32,000 nt of DNA from Acaryochloris marina S15 (GCF_018336915.1 NZ_CP064923.1:540001-572000), one strand, 5' to 3'. Shown: positions 8,424 through 14,854, counted from the stretch's first letter. Program-made: numbers and translations. Notes: generated by a model not told the origin, from the letters alone.

Positions 8424-8509
8424 GCCCTGGGTATGGGCACCTCGTTTAGGACGAGTTATGTCATCGGTACGGGAGCAATCCCAAGGTGGTTCAAATCCAC
8501 TTGATAAGC
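8424..8509 (+). ncRNA. tRNA-like element 3: T-arm-containing multi-hairpin RNA with no acceptor stem
   Basis: Hairpins: GCCC-TGGGTAT-GGGC (8424-8438, D-arm-like); CTCG-TTTAGGA-CGAG (8441-8455, a loop like tRNA-Leu UAG); GGGA-GCAA-TCCC (8471-8482, GNRA tetraloop); T-arm GGTGG-TTCAAAT-CCACT (8485-8501). The tail TGATAAGC follows. No complementary 5' acceptor strand exists. Confidence 0.45.
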
Positions 8510-8619
8510 ATCCGGTTGTTGGTGTCTCGCGGTGAGTGTCACTCGGTGGCCGTCACTGCAACAGCCAAAGGCCAGCGCAATCGCATTGGATGATCGGTTT
8601 GAGTAGGTTCCTTTGAAGG

Positions 8620-8650
8620 GCAACCGCTGGGAGGAAATTCCAGGGGTTGC
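8620..8650 (+). other. Stem-loop in the SPFH leader
   Basis: GCAACCGCTGG (8620-8630) / CCAGGGGTTGC (8640-8650): 11 bp with one G.G mismatch and a 9-nt loop GAGGAAATT. No U-tract follows, so it is not a terminator. Confidence 0.4.
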
Positions 8651-8792
8651 TGCTGCGAACGGCCTATCGGTTGAAGACAGAACCCAGGCTTAACCTTCGG
8701 GTGGGGCTGCGGTTCACCTTCAACTTAATCCAGCTGATCATGGGCGATTGCCCGCACTGTAACTGTGGAGACCAACAGCCTTGGGTGCTTTT

Positions 8793-8810
8793 AGATGTGG
8801 CCCCACATCT
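8793..8810 (+). promoter_or_regulatory. Perfect 18-nt palindrome AGATGTGGCCCCACATCT just upstream of the SPFH RBS
   Basis: Read directly from the sequence. It ends 25 nt before ATG 8836 and 12 nt before the GAAGGA Shine-Dalgarno-like element. It could be an operator or a translational-control hairpin. Confidence 0.4.
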
Positions 8811-8835
8811 ATGCGAGAAGAAGAAGGAAATAACA

Positions 8836-10368
8836 ATGTTTAAGTCGTTTTATATCAAGCCCCATGAACGGGGTATGTTGTTTTATCGCAGCAAGTTTGA
8901 GATGTTTTTGCTGCCGGGTACCCATCGTCGCATGGGGTGGCATTGGCAGGTGAAGACTTTTGATTTAAATCAGCCCCAAGTCCAGATTGACCATTTGGAG
9001 ATGTTGCTGCAAACCCATGCCCACAGTATGGATGAGTATTTTACGGTGGTGCGCACGGCTTATAACCAGGCTGCCTTAGTCCGGTTAGGACAACAATGGT
9101 GCACGATTGGCCCGAATCAACTGCAAGCGTTTTGGCGGGGGTTTATTGAGGTAGAAGTGCACCTATTTAACCTAGATGAGGGGCTTGAACTGCCGTCTCA
9201 GTTTGTCCAGCGATTGCGAGACGTATCGCTACCAGATTTGAATCGGGTCTCAATTCCTGAATCCCAGTTGGGGATGCTCTATGAGCAGGATAATTTTGTT
9301 CGACCTCTGGCTCCTGGAGAGTATGGGTTTTGGACCTGCGATCGCAAAATCAGTATCACCCGCTATAATCGCACCCGCCCTGAACCCGATTTCTCTTTTG
9401 AGGAAGTGCTGATTGAGCGGCATCCCGAGTTTGTCGCTAGTCACTGTGAATCCGTGCAGTTGGGCAATCAGGAAGTTGCCATTGTCCGGTACCAAGGCAA
9501 AGCAATTACGATTTTGCCCCCCTGTAGTCGCAAGCTCTTTTGGAAAGGGGTTGCGGTTGAGGTGATTGATATCAGTGAAGATGCCAAGCTATCGCCAGTG
9601 CTCGTGGCCGAGCTGGTCGCGGGGTTACCGGAAGCCCTAGAGCTGGCCTATGATGTCTTACATATTTTGGAAGTTCCGGCCCAGCATTTAGGGCTGCTGT
9701 ATGAAGCCAGTGCGTTTGTAGAGACGCTGACTCCGGGTTGGCATGTCTGGTGGACCTTTGGTCGGGCTTGGAAAACTGAAGTGGTGGATTTGCGTTTGCA
9801 AACCCTAGAGGTCTCCGGTCAGGAAATCTTGTCTAAGGATAAGGTGTCTCTTCGCCTTAACCTGACGGCGGGATATCGGATCACGGATCCCGTGCAGGCC
9901 AAAACTGGCTTGAGCAATATTGAGGATTATCTCTATAAAGAGCTTCAATTTGCCCTCCGCTCAGCAGTGGGCACCAAGTCTCTGGATCAACTCCTAGAAG
10001 ATAAGGGGGCGATTGATGCTAGCGTCTCTGACCATATTCGCGAGAAAACGGAGCAGTATGGGGTTGTCATTGCTTCCGTGGGTGTCAAAGATATCATTCT
10101 GCCCGGAGAAATGAAGGCCATTCTCTGTCAGGTGGTTGAAGCAGAGAAATCCGCCCAGGCCAACGTTATTCGTCGTCGGGAAGAGACGGCTGCCACGCGC
10201 AGTATGCTCAACACTGCCAAGGTGATGGAGAGTAATCCCGTGGCCCTGCGCTTGAAAGAGCTGGAGGTGTTAGAACGGATCGCGGACAAAATTGAGCATA
10301 TTCATGTCAATGGCGGTCTCGATAGTATCTTGACCGAGATGATTCGCATCAATGGGGCTAGAGAGTAG
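8836..10368 (+). CDS. SPFH/Band-7 (stomatin/slipin-like) protein; soluble, with three tandem N-terminal-type modules
   Basis: The C-terminal half carries a canonical SPFH core: LRLNLTAGYRITDP, VGVKDIILPGEMKAI, AEKSAQANVIRRREETAATR, NPVALRLKELEVL. I chose ATG 8836 (GAAGGA 8-13 nt upstream) over the ORF-track TTG at 8647, because that extension overlaps the structured leader. I see no hydrophobic TM segment. Confidence 0.8.
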   Translation: MFKSFYIKPHERGMLFYRSKFEMFLLPGTHRRMGWHWQVKTFDLNQPQVQIDHLEMLLQTHAHSMDEYFTVVRTAYNQAALVRLGQQWCTIGPNQLQAFWRGFIEVEVHLFNLDEGLELPSQFVQRLRDVSLPDLNRVSIPESQLGMLYEQDNFVRPLAPGEYGFWTCDRKISITRYNRTRPEPDFSFEEVLIERHPEFVASHCESVQLGNQEVAIVRYQGKAITILPPCSRKLFWKGVAVEVIDISEDAKLSPVLVAELVAGLPEALELAYDVLHILEVPAQHLGLLYEASAFVETLTPGWHVWWTFGRAWKTEVVDLRLQTLEVSGQEILSKDKVSLRLNLTAGYRITDPVQAKTGLSNIEDYLYKELQFALRSAVGTKSLDQLLEDKGAIDASVSDHIREKTEQYGVVIASVGVKDIILPGEMKAILCQVVEAEKSAQANVIRRREETAATRSMLNTAKVMESNPVALRLKELEVLERIADKIEHIHVNGGLDSILTEMIRINGARE

Positions 10369-10410
10369 GGGAATAGGAGCCGATTCACCATCAGCTCCTA
10401 AAGGCAAGAT

Positions 10411-10854
10411 ATGGAAGCAGTCATCTTTGTGGGCATTCAGGCCACAGGCAAATCGACGTTTTATCACCATCGGTTTGGTCGGACCCATGTGCGGATCAAT
10501 CTGGATATGTTGAAAACTCGACATCGTGAGCAACAGTTTTTGTCCACCTGCCTAGATACCCGTCAACGCTTTGTGGTGGACAACACCAATCCCACTCCTG
10601 CTGATCGCCAGCGGTATATCCAGCCTGCCCAAGCACAGGGCTTCTCGATTACAGGGTATTACTTTGAATCGAAGTTGGCAGATGCATTGATACGAAACTG
10701 CGATCGCACTCCCGACCAACAAATTTCAGATAAAGGGATCCGAGGAACAGCCTCTCGCCTCATCTTGCCTGCTTATGACGAGGGGTTTGACCAACTTTTT
10801 TATGTTCGTATTCTCCCCCATCAACACTTTGCAGTTGAGGACTGGCAACCATGA
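10411..10854 (+). CDS. P-loop polynucleotide 5'-kinase family protein (PNK/PNKP kinase-domain-like)
   Basis: Walker A GIQATGKST. RINLDMLKT aligns with the catalytic-Asp region of PNK kinases. FVVDNTNPTPADRQRYIQPAQAQGF and DEGFDQLFYV follow the mammalian PNKP / T4 Pnk kinase-domain pattern (V-I-D-N-T-N-P ... R-x-R-Y-I ... E-G-F). There is no phosphatase domain. Confidence 0.75.
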   Translation: MEAVIFVGIQATGKSTFYHHRFGRTHVRINLDMLKTRHREQQFLSTCLDTRQRFVVDNTNPTPADRQRYIQPAQAQGFSITGYYFESKLADALIRNCDRTPDQQISDKGIRGTASRLILPAYDEGFDQLFYVRILPHQHFAVEDWQP

Positions 10855-11612
10855 AATTTACTGAACTCGATCAAAAACTGAGAGTCTTTGAAACCGCTCA
10901 TGATTTATGCGTTTTGCCTGGGTTGTACATGGTGGCTCGTTTGGATGGACGGAATTTTACCCGCTTAACCAAAGAAACCTTGGACTTAGAAGCCCCCTTT
11001 GATTCAGGCTTTCGGGATGCCATGGTGGCAACGGTTCAGCATTTGATGAACTGCGGATTTCGAGTGATGTATGGCTATACCCAAAGCGACGAAATCTCTT
11101 TACTGCTGCACCCAGAAGAGCAGACCTTTGCTCGTAAGCTGCGCAAGCTCAACTCTTTGCTGGCAGCGGAAGCCAGTGCTAAATTGTCATTGATCTTGGG
11201 CAGTATGGCTGTCTTTGACGGTCGCATCTCCCAACTGCCCACGGTTGATTTAGTCGTTGACTATTTTCGATGGCGACAGGAAGATGCCCACCGCAATGCC
11301 CTCAATGCCCATTGCTACTGGATGTTGCGTAAATCGGGTGACTCCGCGAGCATGGCAACTCAGAAGTTAGAGGGATTATCTGTAGGCGATAAGAATGAAT
11401 TGCTGTTTCAACTGGGGCAAATCAACTTTAATGACTTACCCCACTGGCAAAAGCGGGGAGTGGGTTGCGCTTGGCAGTCGTATCCAACGGCAGGCATCAA
11501 CCCTATGTCAGGGGAAGTCTCTCAAGGGACCCGCACGAAAATCAGCATTGAGGTCAACTTGCCCATGAAAGAAGACTACAGGGAATTTGTCCTCAATTTA
11601 ATGACTCGCTGA
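10851..11612 (+). CDS. Thg1-like protein (TLP; tRNA-His guanylyltransferase superfamily, 3'-5' nucleotidyltransferase)
   Basis: VARLDGRNFTRL, YGYTQSDEISLLL (metal-binding D-E), FDGRISQLP, YFRWRQEDAHRNALN and GDKNELLF all match conserved Thg1-family blocks. The eukaryotic HINNLYN block is replaced by HRNALNA, which fits the TLP subgroup. The start overlaps the kinase stop (ATGA). Confidence 0.85.
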   Translation: MKFTELDQKLRVFETAHDLCVLPGLYMVARLDGRNFTRLTKETLDLEAPFDSGFRDAMVATVQHLMNCGFRVMYGYTQSDEISLLLHPEEQTFARKLRKLNSLLAAEASAKLSLILGSMAVFDGRISQLPTVDLVVDYFRWRQEDAHRNALNAHCYWMLRKSGDSASMATQKLEGLSVGDKNELLFQLGQINFNDLPHWQKRGVGCAWQSYPTAGINPMSGEVSQGTRTKISIEVNLPMKEDYREFVLNLMTR

Positions 11613-11616
11613 ACCT

Positions 11617-12174
11617 CTATTTCTGGGATAAAACTCGCAGCCAGGGCTTTTGGGCTCGGCGGCGCTCTAAACTCATTTCAAAGCCATAGGCTTTAAATTC
11701 TTGTTCACTGTAATATTCCCGAAACCGAGCCAAGGGAACGCGAGACCGACCATCTAGAGAGTGAACAATAGACGTAGGAACACGAACATCTCCTCCCAAA
11801 TGGACAAAGGCTTCTTCTACCGTCATCCAGGGGCGCTTAGAATCGCTCACTTCCGTGGGAATCGCTTGCTCTAAACTGCTCAGCTTATCGGCCAATCCCT
11901 TGACCATATTGCCGGGCTTCATATTTGAATTTTGCTTTGATTTCTGCAGTTTCCCTATCCACACTTGGATCAGAGAGCTGAAATACTGGAAAATTCGCTT
12001 GAGAATTCGCCCACAGACTTGAAGGATGCTGCCAGCCCCGGCTTGACTGGACGGGCTGCCCTGAGAGGCAATGGCGGCACTGGACCAGCCGCAATTGGCA
12101 CAGACTTGACGCCCGGATTTGAGAGGGGGTCCTAAGCGATTGGAGCAACGGGGACAGGTTTCCAGCATAGTCAA
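11617..12174 (-). CDS. Hypothetical protein with an N-terminal zinc ribbon
   Basis: CPRCSNRLGPPLKSGRQVCANCGW (CxxC...CxxC). Convergent with the TLP gene; the stops are 4 nt apart. Confidence 0.55.
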   Translation of the reverse strand: MTMLETCPRCSNRLGPPLKSGRQVCANCGWSSAAIASQGSPSSQAGAGSILQVCGRILKRIFQYFSSLIQVWIGKLQKSKQNSNMKPGNMVKGLADKLSSLEQAIPTEVSDSKRPWMTVEEAFVHLGGDVRVPTSIVHSLDGRSRVPLARFREYYSEQEFKAYGFEMSLERRRAQKPWLRVLSQK

Positions 12175-12213
12175 AGTCTCCTAAGACAGGGATGCGCGAA
12201 CGAAGATAACACG

Positions 12214-12669
12214 TTAAGTCAAGCTCTCTAGTGCAGATGTTGAACCGAGATTATGGAGAATTTCTAACGGTAAGCCATCCGCATCCGCGGCAAAGGCCAC
12301 ATGATATGTATGCTTGCCAATCGTTTGTGGCATGGGATAAAGCAATACTTTTAAGGTGATTGAGACTGCTTTGAGCCGTTCTCGCCATTGTTCAAGCCAG
12401 GTCGATAAGGTTTGGTCTGCCGACAGGTCATCTGTGACATCTATCGATAAATGATAATAGCCTACGTAACCCTCGTCGCCAAAGGCATCCGCTGGCGGTT
12501 TAGGATCTGGGATTTGAATTAGTTCTAGTCTGCCGATAGGACCCTCCAACCAACATCCCAGAGTATACCCAGTTGTAAAGCGTTCGATAACGTCAAAGTC
12601 TAGGGTCTGGTAGAACGAGATTGCCCGGTGGATATCCCCGGTCCGAATCGACAGATGATGCCCCTTCAT
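12214..12669 (-). CDS. VOC (glyoxalase/bleomycin-resistance/dioxygenase) family protein
   Basis: MKGHHLSIRTGDIHRAISFYQTLDFDV is a typical VOC beta-alpha-beta-beta-beta N-terminus. The YHLSIDV and YHVAFAADADGLPLEI blocks are also present. Confidence 0.65.
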   Translation of the reverse strand: MKGHHLSIRTGDIHRAISFYQTLDFDVIERFTTGYTLGCWLEGPIGRLELIQIPDPKPPADAFGDEGYVGYYHLSIDVTDDLSADQTLSTWLEQWRERLKAVSITLKVLLYPMPQTIGKHTYHVAFAADADGLPLEILHNLGSTSALESLT

Positions 12670-12741
12670 GGCGATACCCCGATATGCTGACCATCAGATA
12701 TACCACAGCCTCCTCGTCGTTGAGCCATAGATTCAGAAGGC

Positions 12742-13248
12742 TTAATCAAATAGGCGGAAATGAGGAGAATTACTGGGAATTCCAGGTTCCTTATCGAGAT
12801 CGAAATTAATCACTTGCCAGCGAGGATCATCCTCAGAGTCAGGGCTGAATTCTACGGGTAGCCCATATAAGCGTGGACGCCCTGACTGGGGTTTGTCTGA
12901 CCAGGGAGAATGTTCTAAATAAGTGTTGATCAAGATCTGATAGCGTTGGGCAATAATCACTTTGGTCGCGCGATACCCTTCGGTATAGAGGCGATCTAGC
13001 GCTTCATGAATTTCGAAGCGGATGCCATCAGGATGGGTATGTTGGCGGTACCATTGCCCATCCCATAATCGCCAATGACGTCCAGATTGGAGGTGGACTA
13101 AATCTTCAGTCTTGGGATCAGCTTCAAATGCCCCGTGACGTTGGCAAAGATAGGTATCCGTTAAGGTCAATGCGGTCATCATTTGTCGGCAATGGGGACA
13201 GAGTGTCTCAGGCCCAAAAATCGGATAGTGCATGCTGACATGTGTCAT
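12742..13248 (-). CDS. Conserved hypothetical protein with a putative zinc-binding CxxC...C..H N-terminus
   Basis: ETLCPHCRQMMTALTLTDTYLCQRHGAFEA. Codon usage looks normal. The start may be the internal MHYPIFG. Confidence 0.55.
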   Translation of the reverse strand: MTHVSMHYPIFGPETLCPHCRQMMTALTLTDTYLCQRHGAFEADPKTEDLVHLQSGRHWRLWDGQWYRQHTHPDGIRFEIHEALDRLYTEGYRATKVIIAQRYQILINTYLEHSPWSDKPQSGRPRLYGLPVEFSPDSEDDPRWQVINFDLDKEPGIPSNSPHFRLFD

Positions 13249-13385
13249 GAAGTCAGAGAGAGCCGAAGAACTCTGGTTGCCGCTAAGGTGGCTTCATTAT
13301 AACCGTGAATCGTTTAGCGTGGCTGTTCTGAATGGTCTGGAGACCGTCTCTTTTCAGGGTAGGATCGAGACGGTGTTTTAACCCT

Positions 13386-13931
13386 ATGACCTTGGATGTA
13401 TCCAGTCCCCAATATTGGCCACCCCCGGATCTTTCCTTGGCGGCGTTTGTGGCAGATAATGCCACGGTGATCGGCAATATTCACCTTCATCGAGAGGCCA
13501 GCATTTGGTATGGTGCGGTGCTGCGGGGGGATGTCGAGCGCATTGAAATTGGCGAATATACCAACATTCAGGATGGCGCCATTCTTCATGGTGATCCGGG
13601 ACAGCCGACGATTTTAGAAGATTATGTGACCGTGGGGCATCGAGCCGTGATTCACTCAGCGCATATTGAGCGAGGCACATTGATTGGTATTGGGGCCATT
13701 ATTCTCAATGGAGTACACATTGGCACTGGCAGCATTATTGGGGCTGGGGCAGTGGTGTCTAAGTCGGTTCCCCCTCGTTCCCTATGGGTGGGAGTGCCTG
13801 CAAAGCCTTTGCGGGAGATGAGTGAAGCGGAATCCGAGGATTTGATGGATCATGCTCGCCACTATCAAAAACTGGCTTTAGTCCATGCCAATCGAGGGAC
13901 TGATTTGGGTTTCAAAACGATTAAAAGCTAA
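13386..13931 (+). CDS. Gamma-class carbonic anhydrase-like / left-handed beta-helix (hexapeptide repeat) protein
   Basis: ASIWYGAVLRGDVERIEIGEYTNIQDGAILHGD...VTVGHRAVIHSAHIERGTLIGIGAIILNGVHIGTGSIIGAGAVV matches the gamma-CA/YrdA pattern with conserved His residues. I prefer ATG 13386 (MTLDVSSPQYW) to the track start at 13332. Confidence 0.8.
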   Translation: MTLDVSSPQYWPPPDLSLAAFVADNATVIGNIHLHREASIWYGAVLRGDVERIEIGEYTNIQDGAILHGDPGQPTILEDYVTVGHRAVIHSAHIERGTLIGIGAIILNGVHIGTGSIIGAGAVVSKSVPPRSLWVGVPAKPLREMSEAESEDLMDHARHYQKLALVHANRGTDLGFKTIKS

Positions 13932-14020
13932 GTCTAAGGGATTTTGATTAGAAAAATCTGACTACTTGTAGGACAATGGGTAAAAAGTGCTTTTAAAATA
14001 ATTCTGAGAGGAGATTGAGC

Positions 14021-14131
14021 ATGGATGTTCGTTTATTAATTGTTTTAGCTCCTGTCGCTGTTGCTGGTGGTTGGGCTTTATTTAGAATTTTCCCCGCTGC
14101 TATCGAGCAATGGCAAGGCATGAACAAGTAA
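14021..14131 (+). CDS. psbY: Photosystem II protein Y (36 aa); too short for the supplied ORF track
   Basis: MDVRLLIVLAPVAVAGGWALFRIFPAAIEQWQGMNK follows the PsbY pattern as I remember it (MD-x-R ... L-x-P ... G/A-W-A ... A-x-x-Q). RBS GAGAGGAG lies 7-14 nt upstream, and a strong terminator hairpin lies downstream. Confidence 0.7.
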   Translation: MDVRLLIVLAPVAVAGGWALFRIFPAAIEQWQGMNK

Positions 14132-14171
14132 CTGGAACGTAATTGTTCAAGGTACTCCTAACTTAGTACAT

Positions 14172-14205
14172 GAAGCAGGGGCTAGCATTAGTTAGCCCCT
14201 GCTTC
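14172..14205 (+). terminator. Terminator hairpin downstream of psbY
   Basis: Perfect 13-bp stem GAAGCAGGGGCTA / TAGCCCCTGCTTC with an 8-nt loop, followed by GATCTTTAAA (a short U-tract). Confidence 0.6.
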
Positions 14206-14303
14206 GATCTTTAAACTATTCTGCAAACTGATGATGACGGTCAGATCTAGAACCATCGGTTTTTTGTGGATGGCTTGAGAGAATATGCCGATGTAGAAAA
14301 TGC

Positions 14304-14837
14304 CTAACATCTCAGATAGGGCAGTAATATTTGAGTGGTCTCCCCCGATAAATTCAGGCGTCGTTGTAGATCCGCCAGGTTGTGAAAGGGACCGTGGGCA
14401 ATGCGATCGCGAATAACGTTTCGCGCCAGACTCGGTGTCATCTCCGGTATCGTCATCAGCTGTTCTACAGAAGCTGCGTTTAAGTTAAAGGCGGGGGCTA
14501 AGGCAAGGCTCTCCTGGTCGTAGTAGCAAAACTGCATCACTGCTGCTAGAGGCTGCATCCGCTGGACAGGCTGGGATAGGGCAGCTGCCACATCTTCAAT
14601 GGCGTAAAATTGGACGCCATTCTGGGTTAATTGCACGAGCTGGCGGGCCTGGTGAATGGACAGTCCTGGCAAGCGCAGCCAATCATCGACACTGGCTTGA
14701 TTAACGTCAATGCTGACGCCCAGCTCAGCGGCCAAAGCAACTTCTGCCAAGGACTGAAACCGATAATAGGGGTCAGCCAAAATCTGAGCCCGTAGCGGTC
14801 CTTGCTGTTGAGTCCACTGCACGAGGCGGTTGAGCAT
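14304..14837 (-). CDS. ComEA-like protein with two helix-hairpin-helix motifs
   Basis: VNQASVDDWLRLPGLSIHQARQLV and LNAASVEQLMTIPEMTPSLARNVIRDRIAHGPFHNLADL are ComEA/HhH-type motifs. It lies 17 nt downstream of the TM2-SHOCT gene on the same strand. Confidence 0.55.
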   Translation of the reverse strand: MLNRLVQWTQQQGPLRAQILADPYYRFQSLAEVALAAELGVSIDVNQASVDDWLRLPGLSIHQARQLVQLTQNGVQFYAIEDVAAALSQPVQRMQPLAAVMQFCYYDQESLALAPAFNLNAASVEQLMTIPEMTPSLARNVIRDRIAHGPFHNLADLQRRLNLSGETTQILLPYLRC

Positions 14838-14854
14838 GGCTATTTATAGGTGCA

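Noticed and set aside
8424-8509. Element 3 as a functional class II tRNA-Leu(UAG)
   Set aside because: There is no acceptor stem and no U8. The 27:43 pair is mismatched. An about-28-nt stretch lies between the anticodon stem and the T-arm, far longer than a normal variable arm.
8647-8835. N-terminal 63-codon extension of the SPFH ORF (TTG start at 8647, includes CPHCNCGD)
   Set aside because: There is no SPFH similarity in this stretch. It overlaps strong RNA/DNA secondary-structure elements, and the start codon is non-ATG. A good RBS (GAAGGA) plus ATG sits at 8836, exactly where the Band-7-type N-terminus (IKPHERGMLF) begins.
13283-13680. Minus-strand ORFs 13283..13477, 13314..13589 and 13384..13680
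   Set aside because: They overlap the well-supported gamma-CA-like hexapeptide-repeat gene on the + strand and have no motifs of their own.
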